Of a stretch of DNA of 41,147 bases, positions 23,750 through 33,552 are shown piece by piece. The notes beneath the pieces are model-generated. The model had not been told where the DNA came from, did not search any database, and saw only the letters and a program-made list of their open reading frames with translations. Location: positions 1 through 41,147 of IMG/VR virus record IMGVR_UViG_3300029479_000009; one strand, 5' to 3'. Source of the stretch: a virus. Every line of letters starts with the position of its first letter. The first letter of the stretch is position 1. A program made the position numbers and the translations under genes.

Positions 23750-23758
23750 CCACCCCGG

Positions 23759-23800
23759 CAAGGTGTCCACAGTGGACACCTTGCTTTTCTTTTGTTTTTT
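23759..23800 (+). terminator. Rho-independent terminator built on dispersed palindrome copy 4
   Basis: caaGGTGTCCAC-a-GTGGACACCttg, a 12-bp stem, followed by CTTTTCTTTTGTTTTTT. Confidence 0.85.
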
Positions 23801-23811
23801 GGAGGAAAAAT

Positions 23812-24423
23812 ATGGCAAACAATAATGGTGTTGTGACCACTGGCTTTTCCAATATCCACGTTGCCACCTATGCATCCGAGGGCGGCGTGGTCTCTTACAC
23901 GGGTGTGCGCAAACTGGGCCGCTCCGTGTCCATGAGCATCGACGTGAGCACCAGCGACGACAACGACTTCTACGCCGACGATCAGCTGGCCGAGACCGTG
24001 GGCGGCGGAACCTTTACCAGCGGCACCGGCTCCTGTGAGATCGACGGCCTCACCCCTGAGGAAGAGGCCTTTGTGATGGGCCTCAAGGACGGCAACAGCG
24101 TCACCACCGATGTGGCCGTGGAGACGTATCAGTATGACCAGGAAATGGATCCTCCCTACCTGGGCCTGGGCGCTGTGAAAAAAGTGCAGCGTGACGGCAA
24201 GAGCTATTGGAAAGCCATCGTGCTGACCAAGATCAAATTCAAGGTGCCCAACGACGACGCCACCACCCAGGGCGATTCCGTGGATTGGCAGACCCAGACG
24301 CTGGACTACAACATCCTGCGGGACGACAGCGCCAAAAAAGTGTGGAAGATCGTGCCCAAAACGCTGTTTACCACCGAAGCCGCAGCCGTGGCGTTTATCA
24401 AGAAAGTGCTGGGGGATAAGTAA
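23812..24423 (+). CDS. Major tail protein
   Basis: 203 aa, GGAGGAAAAA RBS, position before the chaperone/tape measure, phi13-like N-terminus. Confidence 0.75.
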   Translation: MANNNGVVTTGFSNIHVATYASEGGVVSYTGVRKLGRSVSMSIDVSTSDDNDFYADDQLAETVGGGTFTSGTGSCEIDGLTPEEEAFVMGLKDGNSVTTDVAVETYQYDQEMDPPYLGLGAVKKVQRDGKSYWKAIVLTKIKFKVPNDDATTQGDSVDWQTQTLDYNILRDDSAKKVWKIVPKTLFTTEAAAVAFIKKVLGDK

Positions 24424-24425
24424 GC

Positions 24426-24860
24426 ATGGAAGACAAGTACATCGTCTGGGCAAACATCAAAAACAAAAAGTATCCGTTCTGTCTGACCATTGGCGCGGCG
24501 GATGTGCTGGAAAAGAGCTTCGGCTCCGTCAGTGCTGCCGGAAAGAGCATTGCAGACCATGCAGAAAAAGACGAAGTTTCCGGATTTCTGCGGGCCGTGC
24601 TGGCCGCTGCACGCCCTCTGTGCGATGGCGGCGTCAACTATCTTCTTCAGTCTGCCAAATTCTCCGGCGACGAAAAAGAAATTGAAGCGGCAAAAGCGCT
24701 GGAGCCGCTGCCGGAAGATGAAGTGCTGGAAGCCATTTTGTCCGGTGCAGAAATCGTCCAGCTGTGGAACAGCGTTCTGCTGGCTCTCAAGGGCGGCTCT
24801 TCCCGTGAGATCGAGGTTGCACCGGATGACAGCCCAAAAAACGCCGACAACGCCACATAA
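24426..24860 (+). CDS. Tail assembly chaperone (G-like)
   Basis: Position between the major tail protein and tape measure; contains a slippery site near its 3' end. Confidence 0.75.
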   Translation: MEDKYIVWANIKNKKYPFCLTIGAADVLEKSFGSVSAAGKSIADHAEKDEVSGFLRAVLAAARPLCDGGVNYLLQSAKFSGDEKEIEAAKALEPLPEDEVLEAILSGAEIVQLWNSVLLALKGGSSREIEVAPDDSPKNADNAT

Positions 24861-25036
24861 TCCGGCTGAACACCTCGTGGTTTTTGTACTACGGCCGCAA
24901 GCTGGGCATGAGCGAGCGGGAAACGCTGGCCTGCCCCATGGGCCGGATGCTGGATTATATGGCGTGTATGCAGATCGAAAACGGCGCAAGCCAAAAAATA
25001 CACGTTGACTTGGATGAATTGGAAAATATCGAGTGA
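24426..25036 (+). CDS. Tail assembly chaperone frameshift product (GT-like), made by a -1 shift at A AAA AAC (24836-24842)
   Basis: The -1 frame is open from the slippery site to TGA at 25034-25036. It encodes KKRRQRHIIRLNTSWFLYYGRKLGMSERETLACPMGRMLDYMACMQIENG... Confidence 0.7.
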
Positions 25037-25050
25037 GGAGGTGGTAAAGC

Positions 25051-28000
25051 TTGGCAAATAAAACGGACATTGGCCCTAAAATCAGCGTTGAGGGTGAGCA
25101 AGAATACCGCCAGCAGATGAGAAACATCATCACGCAGCAGAAAGAGTACTCTTCTGAGCTCAATGCCACAACGGCATCTTTGGGGAAAAATGCAACCGCG
25201 CAAGAGCGTGCAACCTCCATTGCGGCAGTCCTGAGAAAGCAGATCGAAGCCCAGGAAAAGGCTTTGAGCGCACAGACCGGAATGCTGCAAAAGGCTGTGG
25301 CAAAGTATGGCGAGATGAGCGTGGAAGCTTCCGCCTACCGCACAGCCATCAATAAAACCAATACCGACCTTGCCAACATGAAAAACCGCCTCTCCGATGC
25401 CGAAAACGGCCTCGGAGAGTTTGCGGCCAAAACCGACAAGGCCACCGAAAGCCTGCAAAATTTTTCCGGAAATTCTGGAAAAGGCATTTTTGATGATCTG
25501 GCCGGTGCCGTCGTAAAAGGAAATCTCATTGCAGATGCTTTTGAGGCTGCTGGCTCCAAAGCAGTCGAGGCAGGCAAAAAAATCATCAACGCGGGCGTTT
25601 CCTACAACGCCCAGCTGGAGCAGTATCAGGTAGCACTGTCCACCATGCTGGGCAGCCAGGAAGCAGCGGACTCTACTTTGGAGCAGATCAAGCAGGATGC
25701 TGCCCGTACTCCCTTTGATACGGCTGGCCTTGTAAAGGCGAACCAGCTTTTGATTTCCACCGGCGTGGATGCCGATTCTTCCCGCAAAGTGATTTTAGCT
25801 CTTGGTGATGCCGTTTCTGCCACCGGCGGCGGAAACGACGAGCTGAGCCGCATGGCGCAAAACCTCCAGCAGATCAAGAACGCGGGCAAAGCCACGGCGG
25901 CAGACATCAAACAGTTTGCCTATGCTGGCATTGATGTCTACGGTATCCTGGCCGACTACACCGGTAAGAGCACCGCAGAAGCCCAGAAAATGACGGTCAG
26001 CTATGAACTGCTTACCAACGCACTCATGGCTGCATCGTCTGAAGGCGGGCGGTACTATCAGGCTATGGAGACCCAAAGCCAGACGCTAAACGGCCGCATT
26101 TCTACCCTGAAAGACAACGCCACCCAGCTGGCAGGCTCTTTGACCGAGGGCCTGACGGACGGCCTCGGTCAGGGCGTTGAGTTGGCAAATACCTGGGTGC
26201 AGGAACTGCAAGAGTCTTTGCAAAGCAACGGCGCACAGGGCATGATCGCCACCGGAAACGCGCTTGCCGGGAATGCCATCGACAGCTTTGTGGACTACGC
26301 CAACTCCAACATGGACAGCGTGGTAGACACGGGCTTTTCTATTGCAGCCGGACTGGCTGATGGTGCCGTCGAAAATGCCCCCAAGCTAGTCTCTGCGGCC
26401 GGTTCGCTGCTGGAAAGCTTTGGCAGCAAAGTAATTGAAGATTTGCCCAGCATTTTGGAAAAAGGTGGCGAACTCACCGGAGAATTTGCCGGGGGCATTT
26501 TGTCTGGTTCCGGTGACGTGGTGGCGGCTGGCGGCAGCCTGCTGGAGCAGCTGCTTGAAAAGCTTGGCTCCGGCGATTTCTGGAGTGCCGGATTAAATGC
26601 CGCCAAAAATTTTGGCCGTGGACTTTTTGAGGGCGCTCAGAATTTCACGAATGCGATCTTGAGCAACGAAGACGACCGAAAACAGCAAGAGAAAGCCAAA
26701 AAGCAACAGGAGCTTGAAAAGGCCCGGCAGGAACGCCTGAAAAAGCACCAAGACCGCGTGGCCAACGCTGACCAGTGGGAAGACTGGCGCACTTCGTCCA
26801 AGCCAAAAACCAGCCCGACGACATCGGGCACGAGTGGTGGAGGCGGAAGTGGAAACAGCTCCAGATCTGCGGCCAAGACCAAAAAAGCCGCAGCCGATAC
26901 CAAAAAGCTGGCTGACAGCGTGACCTCTACCGCCACCGAGCTGGTGACGGGCACCGAGGGCATTGTGGGGGCCATCAAGCGGGTGACCGAAACCGCTGAC
27001 AACACCTACAACGTCTACGACGGAACCACCAAGAAGCTCAAGGGCACCACAAAAGAAACGGCCCAGACCATCACCGAGACTTGGACTCAGGTGGTGAATG
27101 GGCAGGAGCAGAACTTCAAGCGGGTGCAGACTCTGCTGGATGGCGTGGTGACGTCCACTAAAACCACCAGCGACGCGGTAGCCGAGGCGACCCGCACGGC
27201 CACCAACACCCGCACCGAGACTGTCAAGGGCACCGAGGACATGGTGGGCAACATCACCCGCACCACCGAGACCACGACCCAGACAGCCAAGACGGTGGAC
27301 GCCGTGACCGGCGAGATCAAGGACACGGTGATCTCTGCCACCGAGGTGGTGACAGACTGCTATACCCGCATCAAAGACGGGCAAAAGCAGACCGTGACCG
27401 AGACAAAGACCTATGTCAACGGCGTTTTAACCGACGTCAAAGAAAAATCTCAGGATTTAAACGCTGATCTCCAGAATACCGAGGGCATCCTGGGCGGTTT
27501 TTCCAGTTTTATCCTTGATCTGGACACCAAGCTGGGAGGGCTGGAAAAAGCCGCGCAAAGCCTGAAAAAGAGCCCATTGGGCAGTTGGTTTTCCGATATG
27601 GCCAAAGGATACCGCGCCTGGGACAGCTTTTGGGACAACGTGGATGTGGGCAGCCTGATCACCAACGGCCTGGTGGCCTTTGCTACCGGGTACATGAACA
27701 CCAAGAACGGCGGACTGGCCAACGGCTTGCAGACCATGATGCTGTCTGTGATGAGCAATCTGGTAGGAATCGACGTTTCAAGCCTGCAAGGCTTGGGCTC
27801 CACCTGGGGCGGTGACCTTGTAAAGGGCATGGCTTCCGGTATGGTGACTGTAGCCGCAAAAACCGGCTGGCTGACTAAAGCCGCAAAATTTGTGGGCAGC
27901 GTGATCCGCGCATTCCTGCACTTTTCCCGGCCCGATAAGGGCCCCCTGCGGGACTATGAGACGTGGATGCCGGACATGGTGCACGGCATGGCGGACAGCC

Positions 28001-28266
28001 TGAAAAACAATGCCTATGTCCTGCGCAATGCGGCCCGGGATGTCAGCAGCGATTTGCAGACCCAGATGCAGTACGACGTGGGCATGGCGTCGCCATCCTA
28101 CGAGCAAAATTATAAGTCCAGCACGGTCAAGCTGGGCGGCGTGACCATGACCATCCAGGCACAGCCCGGCATGGACGAGGAAAAGCTGGCCCGGTACACC
28201 ATAGACCGCCTGAACCAGATGATCAACGAGGAGGCCGCATCCAGTGGACAGATACCTGTTTTTTAA
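25051..28266 (+). CDS. Tape measure protein (1071 aa)
   Basis: TTG start after GAGGAGGTGG; length, coiled-coil/Thr-rich repeats, position. Confidence 0.85.
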   Translation: MANKTDIGPKISVEGEQEYRQQMRNIITQQKEYSSELNATTASLGKNATAQERATSIAAVLRKQIEAQEKALSAQTGMLQKAVAKYGEMSVEASAYRTAINKTNTDLANMKNRLSDAENGLGEFAAKTDKATESLQNFSGNSGKGIFDDLAGAVVKGNLIADAFEAAGSKAVEAGKKIINAGVSYNAQLEQYQVALSTMLGSQEAADSTLEQIKQDAARTPFDTAGLVKANQLLISTGVDADSSRKVILALGDAVSATGGGNDELSRMAQNLQQIKNAGKATAADIKQFAYAGIDVYGILADYTGKSTAEAQKMTVSYELLTNALMAASSEGGRYYQAMETQSQTLNGRISTLKDNATQLAGSLTEGLTDGLGQGVELANTWVQELQESLQSNGAQGMIATGNALAGNAIDSFVDYANSNMDSVVDTGFSIAAGLADGAVENAPKLVSAAGSLLESFGSKVIEDLPSILEKGGELTGEFAGGILSGSGDVVAAGGSLLEQLLEKLGSGDFWSAGLNAAKNFGRGLFEGAQNFTNAILSNEDDRKQQEKAKKQQELEKARQERLKKHQDRVANADQWEDWRTSSKPKTSPTTSGTSGGGGSGNSSRSAAKTKKAAADTKKLADSVTSTATELVTGTEGIVGAIKRVTETADNTYNVYDGTTKKLKGTTKETAQTITETWTQVVNGQEQNFKRVQTLLDGVVTSTKTTSDAVAEATRTATNTRTETVKGTEDMVGNITRTTETTTQTAKTVDAVTGEIKDTVISATEVVTDCYTRIKDGQKQTVTETKTYVNGVLTDVKEKSQDLNADLQNTEGILGGFSSFILDLDTKLGGLEKAAQSLKKSPLGSWFSDMAKGYRAWDSFWDNVDVGSLITNGLVAFATGYMNTKNGGLANGLQTMMLSVMSNLVGIDVSSLQGLGSTWGGDLVKGMASGMVTVAAKTGWLTKAAKFVGSVIRAFLHFSRPDKGPLRDYETWMPDMVHGMADSLKNNAYVLRNAARDVSSDLQTQMQYDVGMASPSYEQNYKSSTVKLGGVTMTIQAQPGMDEEKLARYTIDRLNQMINEEAASSGQIPVF

Positions 28267-28957
28267 CGGCCACAGCAGCGAGGAGTACGGGGCGCACATC
28301 GAGTACAAGCCCAACATCCCCACCCCGGCTGCCAAGTTGCAAGAGTATGTGGTGCCGGGACGGAGCGGCAAGCTCCACGCCGACCTGGGCTACTACGACA
28401 ACATCACCGTGACCTACCAGCTGTACTTCCACGGCAAGCGGCCAACGGCGGAAGAGCTGCGTCCCATCAAGGACTGGCTTTGTGCCATCCCCGGCCCGCA
28501 CGACCTGGCCGACGGCTATGACCCCGGCTATTTTTACCGGGCCACGGCCACCATGAGCAATACCACGAACATCCTCGACCGGTACGGGCGGTTTCAGGTG
28601 CAGTTTTCCTGCGACCCGCGCCACTTTGCGGTGGCCGGGCAGCAGCCCCAGAAACTGACCGGCGGCCAGAAGCTTTTTAACCCCTATGCCCAGACGGCCA
28701 AGCCGCTCTGGGAGATCACCGGCAACGGGCAGGACGGAACCCTGAAAGTGAACGGCCACACTTTCAAGCTGACGACTTCTTCCGAACAGCACGCTTTTCT
28801 GGAGTGCGAGACCGAGGACACCTATCTGACCGACGGCACCAACATCAACCCGACAACCAGCGGCCCGTACCCCACGCTGCAGCCCGGTGAAAACACCGTC
28901 AGCTGGAGCGGGGGCATCACGGGCGTGATCGTGACCCCGAGGTGGTGGACACTGTGA
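28244..28957 (+). CDS. Distal tail protein (Dit)
   Basis: GTG start after GAGGAGG; MDRYLFFNGHSSEEYGAHIEY... typical siphovirus tail component. Confidence 0.7.
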   Translation: MDRYLFFNGHSSEEYGAHIEYKPNIPTPAAKLQEYVVPGRSGKLHADLGYYDNITVTYQLYFHGKRPTAEELRPIKDWLCAIPGPHDLADGYDPGYFYRATATMSNTTNILDRYGRFQVQFSCDPRHFAVAGQQPQKLTGGQKLFNPYAQTAKPLWEITGNGQDGTLKVNGHTFKLTTSSEQHAFLECETEDTYLTDGTNINPTTSGPYPTLQPGENTVSWSGGITGVIVTPRWWTL

Positions 28958-30597
28958 AACCTGTACTTTTCGAGCACAACGTGCTGGATTTTTCCGGCCA
29001 CGGGCTTGGCACGCTGGCGGACGCCACCAGCTGCAAAGTTTCTTGCGAGGAAAACGGCGCGTATGATCTCACCATGACCTATCCCATCGTGGGAGCCCAC
29101 GCCAAAGACCTGGCCGAGCGGCGCATCATCCTGGCAAAACCCTCTCCCGAGGAAAACAGCCAGCCTTTCCGCATCTACAAGATCCTCCGGCCCATGGATG
29201 GCAATCTTCAGGTATACGCCCACCACCTGAGCTATGACCTCAATGACTGCATCCTGAAGCCCATCTCAGGCAGCAGCCTGAACAGCGTGATCTCTCAGCT
29301 CTTCATGAACACCGTGGGCGACTGCAACTTTACTTTTGCCTACGATTATCCCCCAAAAAGATCCACTGACCCGGACACGGGCGATGTGACGGAGGACAAT
29401 GGCACCAGCGGCAATTTTGAGCTGGAAAAGCCCATGACCCTGCGTGCTGCCATGCTGGCCAACAGCTCCAACAACATCGCCTCGACCTACAAGGGCGTGT
29501 GGATCTTCGACGGCCTCAAGTGCACTCTGAAGCGGAAAGACGTGGTAGACCGGGGTGCGGTCATCAAGTACGGCGTGAATCTCATCGACCTGAGCCAGGA
29601 GCGAAGCCTCGAAGAGGTGTACACTCATGTGTATCCCTACTGGCGGGGCGGCAAGAAAAATAAGTACTACGATCTGGAGCCCATCGCGGCGACCAGCATC
29701 ACCAGCTTCAAAAAAATCTACCCGCTCGACCTTTCCAGCAAATACCAGAAAGCACCCTCGGACGCCAGCATGAGGCAGAGCGCAGAGGAATTTATCGAGA
29801 AAAATGAGCTGGGACAAATCCCGGTAAATATCACGGCCAGCATGGTGCAGCTGGAAAAAACACTCGAGTACAAAAACGCTAAGGGTATCAAAAAAATAGC
29901 CCGAGGAGATACCGTCCGGGTGGAGTACCTGCGGCTTGGCGTTGGCACCTCGGCCCGCATCACCAAGACGGAGTATGATGTGCTCAGTGAGCTGTATACT
30001 TCCATCGGAATCGGCAAGGTCAAGCAAAGCCTGCCAAAAGCGGTGGTAAAAGACCGGGAAGAGAATAAAAAAATTTGGTGGCAGGCGACCATGGCCGGAA
30101 AGACGGCCACCGATTACATCACCGAAAAAGACGACGGCACCGTGGATTTTGGCACCGGAAACCACAAATTTACCATCAAAGATGATGGGCTGGAGTTCAA
30201 CGGCGTGCGCAACAACGTCTCCATCTGGCACAACTCTGACGCCAAAGCTTTTGAGCCGCAGACGCTGAATCTGGATTTGAGCAGCTTCTCCACCATCTCC
30301 ATCGAATTCGGCAGCGTCACGAATGGCCAGCTGACCAGCGAGAGCGGCCTGCAAACCACCATCGCGGTGGTGGGCAGCACTACGGGAAAAACGACCCGGG
30401 GACTTTTCAACTGGAACTATAGCCAAAGCCGGCTTTTCACCACTTACCCGGACCGAATCGTCTTTCAGCAAGGCCAATACTCGGCTTCCCGCTTTGCGGA
30501 CATCCCAGAGGGCGGCGGAAAAGTGACCGTGGACGGCGTGACGCTTTACACGGACAACAGCTGCTGCGTGCCCGTCAACATCTACGGCTTTATGTGA
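28942..30597 (+). CDS. Tail-associated lysin / endopeptidase-tail protein (Tal)
   Basis: N-terminus ...LFEHNVLDFSGHGLGTLADATSCKVSCEENGAYDLTMTYP... matches the prophage tail endopeptidase pattern. Confidence 0.7.
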   Translation: MVDTVKPVLFEHNVLDFSGHGLGTLADATSCKVSCEENGAYDLTMTYPIVGAHAKDLAERRIILAKPSPEENSQPFRIYKILRPMDGNLQVYAHHLSYDLNDCILKPISGSSLNSVISQLFMNTVGDCNFTFAYDYPPKRSTDPDTGDVTEDNGTSGNFELEKPMTLRAAMLANSSNNIASTYKGVWIFDGLKCTLKRKDVVDRGAVIKYGVNLIDLSQERSLEEVYTHVYPYWRGGKKNKYYDLEPIAATSITSFKKIYPLDLSSKYQKAPSDASMRQSAEEFIEKNELGQIPVNITASMVQLEKTLEYKNAKGIKKIARGDTVRVEYLRLGVGTSARITKTEYDVLSELYTSIGIGKVKQSLPKAVVKDREENKKIWWQATMAGKTATDYITEKDDGTVDFGTGNHKFTIKDDGLEFNGVRNNVSIWHNSDAKAFEPQTLNLDLSSFSTISIEFGSVTNGQLTSESGLQTTIAVVGSTTGKTTRGLFNWNYSQSRLFTTYPDRIVFQQGQYSASRFADIPEGGGKVTVDGVTLYTDNSCCVPVNIYGFM

Positions 30598-30606
30598 GGA
30601 AATGCC

Positions 30607-30810
30607 ATGATCATGATCAACTACGACCCGGACACCCGGGTGGTACTTTCCGGCGGCGAAGTAAACCCGCGCTATGCGCTCCAGCAGCTCCCGGACGGGG
30701 CGGCCTATGTGGACGCCCTGCCCGAGGGCGATCTGAGCGGATACCAGTACATCAACGGCGCTTTTGTGCCCATCAAACAGGAGGACAATTATGCAGCAGA
30801 TCAGAATTGA
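30607..30810 (+). CDS. Small tail-module hypothetical protein (67 aa)
   Basis: ORF track entry; position only. Confidence 0.45.
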   Translation: MIMINYDPDTRVVLSGGEVNPRYALQQLPDGAAYVDALPEGDLSGYQYINGAFVPIKQEDNYAADQN

Positions 30811-33487
30811 TTTTGATAACCCCGGGCTCCCTCAGAGCCTCGGCGTCGTTGAGGGCGAAAGCCAGAGCCGTATCTTTCAGGCGGCGCTCTACAAGAGCGG
30901 CGCGGCCTATACGGCCCCGGCTGGTGCGGTATACAGCATTATGTACCGTGGCTTCGGCCCCCAAAATCAGGGCTGGTATGACACCATCGAGGACGGCGCG
31001 GGCAAGCGTGCCGCCTGCACCGTTTCCGGCAACGTCGTCACCTGTGAACTGGCCCGTCAGGCCCTCCGCGTCCCAGGCCATCTGACCGTGGTGCTGTGCG
31101 TTTCTGACGCAAAAGGCTACATGCTCAAGAGCTGGCCCATCATGGCGGATGTCAGAAATGACGGGTATGAGGATACCGGAGAAAGTGAAATGTACTTCAA
31201 TCTCTCAGGCATCGCTGGCAACTACCTCGCCCAGCTGGAAAAAGCCATGACCGACGCCGAGACAACCAGAAATAATCTTATTTCCACTTCTGCACAGGTT
31301 AAAAAAGACATCGACGCCAAAGCCGCAGAGGCACTCAAGAGCATCCCGGAGAGCTATACGGAGCTTGATGAGAGCGTGAAGCAGCTAAAGGAAAATTTAG
31401 AAGTTTTTACGGAGGCTGAATCAAATACAATTCAAACGAATGAAGTCTTTTATAATGGATATAAACAAGGCTGGAAGCTGAAATCCGATGGAACAAGAAC
31501 GGGCGGAACAGATTGTGCTATATATTATTGGAGAGTTAAAGAAAACGAAATCATATATGTTCATGCCGAAAAAATACATGATGCTGTTTTACAGTTTCAA
31601 AAATCTACTGGCGATGCTACTTATGGTGATGTAAATAACAATTTAATAGGAAGTGTAAAATCATCGCGCTTTGATGGATTTGTTAAAGTTCCAGCTGGCG
31701 CTGAATATTTGCTGATATCTGATAACTATAATACAACACATTTTTCCGTATGTGCTTATCACTCGGACAATAATATTCATCCTGATAATAACGGCAACAT
31801 AGCATACAACGGTTCTTTTGGAACAAGAGATGATCACAAAATAAGAACGGGAGCAATAGCGGTAAAAAAAGGACAACGTATAACAATAAGTTGTGGTTCT
31901 TTCAAAAGTATGGTTTTCTTTTGGGCTGGTTCAATAAAGGATACTACAACTGTGACATACTTTGAAACGGAATGGAATAATGAAAAAGAAAGAGTAATAG
32001 ATGTCATAAATGATGGATATTTTGGAGTGAAGTTTGCCGATGCAGAAGACACCCAAAAAATTGTATCAAGATATGATTTCGATGGGTCTGTTACTCTGTG
32101 TAAGGCTGAATATAACAAAAAAGCAGAAATCAATTTACTGGATTTATCTGGTATGCACAAACATGACAATGCAGGAAGAGTGTATAGAACTAATATGTTG
32201 GCTTTACCGACACAAGGAATAAAGCTAAAACTTCACATACCTAATGGAATGTATGTAAATATTGGATTTCGTAATACAAAAGGTCAGGCGTATGGAGAAT
32301 GGAACATAAAAAATGCGATAGATGGATACGAATGTGAGTTGAGCAGTGAATACGAATCGTTCCAAGTTGAAATCATTTCTGATCAAAAAACAAACAATGA
32401 AGTCATAACTGAATTTATAAAGAAAAATATAATTGCTGTTGAAACAAACGCATCAATTGAAAATGCTATGATAATGGACTTGGAAACAAACCAGTATATA
32501 AACTGGCTGCGGTATATTGGCTTGGATTCTGATAATCTGCCAGTGCGCTATCCGACGTTTGTTCATGTTAGCGATGTTCATGGCGATTACACAAGATTGG
32601 ATAATGCATATAATTTTGCAGAATCTATCGATGCGGATGCTTTGATTAACACGGGAGATAATGTGGTATCGTCTGGAAAAGACGGGGCGAAATATGTACA
32701 AGAAATAGACAAAAAATATAATGTACGGGCGTTAAATGTATTAGGGAATCATGATTACTATAGTTTGCCGGAAGAAAATGTGTATAATGAAAACTTATCT
32801 TATTTTGCTGACCGTTGGAACTATATTTGTGATTCAAAACCTTATTATTATTATGACGATGAAAAGAATAAAATTAGATTTATAACATTAAACCAATTTG
32901 AGGGGTTAAATATTTCCTTTAGCCAAACGGAAATCGATTGGTTTGTAAACACATTAAAAAACACACCTACAAATTATGGAGTGATTATATTAGAACATAT
33001 GCCGGGAACAAGGCATATGACGGGCGCAATTGACAGTTTTACGTCTCCCACTTGTAATGTGAATGACTGGTGGGAGGTAGTAGGTCAAGATACGTTAATC
33101 TTTGATGTTGTAGATGCTTTTATCGATAAAAAATCATTGGCGAAATTATACACAGGAACATATCAAAGTGTGGATGTGTCTGCAGATTTTAGTAATGTTT
33201 CAGATGGCACAGAATTTATTTGCTACGTATGCGGACATACTCATTATGATTATATTGGGTATGTGAATGGTAAGAATAGGCAGCTATTGCTATGTGTTAC
33301 GACAACAAGTGCTAAAATTTCAAAGAGATTTTGTGATGGTATGCCAAGAAGTGACTATGGTATGAGTCAAAATTCATTTAATGTTTACTGCATAGACAGA
33401 AAAAACAAACAAATAAGAATAGGAAGAGTTGGGTGCAATAAATCAAATGATTTATCTGATAGAAAATATGTATTTGCGAATTATTAA
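30791..33487 (+). CDS. Tail fibre / receptor-binding protein: BppU-like N-terminus plus a low-GC C-terminal region with a calcineurin-like metallophosphoesterase domain
   Basis: Start at MQQIRIDFDNPG... after CAGGAGGA. Motifs FVHVSDVHGD, NTGDNV, LGNHDY and CGHTHYD are present. Base composition drops sharply near 31.39 kb. Confidence 0.75.
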   Translation: MQQIRIDFDNPGLPQSLGVVEGESQSRIFQAALYKSGAAYTAPAGAVYSIMYRGFGPQNQGWYDTIEDGAGKRAACTVSGNVVTCELARQALRVPGHLTVVLCVSDAKGYMLKSWPIMADVRNDGYEDTGESEMYFNLSGIAGNYLAQLEKAMTDAETTRNNLISTSAQVKKDIDAKAAEALKSIPESYTELDESVKQLKENLEVFTEAESNTIQTNEVFYNGYKQGWKLKSDGTRTGGTDCAIYYWRVKENEIIYVHAEKIHDAVLQFQKSTGDATYGDVNNNLIGSVKSSRFDGFVKVPAGAEYLLISDNYNTTHFSVCAYHSDNNIHPDNNGNIAYNGSFGTRDDHKIRTGAIAVKKGQRITISCGSFKSMVFFWAGSIKDTTTVTYFETEWNNEKERVIDVINDGYFGVKFADAEDTQKIVSRYDFDGSVTLCKAEYNKKAEINLLDLSGMHKHDNAGRVYRTNMLALPTQGIKLKLHIPNGMYVNIGFRNTKGQAYGEWNIKNAIDGYECELSSEYESFQVEIISDQKTNNEVITEFIKKNIIAVETNASIENAMIMDLETNQYINWLRYIGLDSDNLPVRYPTFVHVSDVHGDYTRLDNAYNFAESIDADALINTGDNVVSSGKDGAKYVQEIDKKYNVRALNVLGNHDYYSLPEENVYNENLSYFADRWNYICDSKPYYYYDDEKNKIRFITLNQFEGLNISFSQTEIDWFVNTLKNTPTNYGVIILEHMPGTRHMTGAIDSFTSPTCNVNDWWEVVGQDTLIFDVVDAFIDKKSLAKLYTGTYQSVDVSADFSNVSDGTEFICYVCGHTHYDYIGYVNGKNRQLLLCVTTTSAKISKRFCDGMPRSDYGMSQNSFNVYCIDRKNKQIRIGRVGCNKSNDLSDRKYVFANY

Positions 33488-33552
33488 AATAATAAAGAAA
33501 TCATTAATAAAAGAGAGCTTTATCTTACCAAAAACTGAAAGGACGTGACCAC

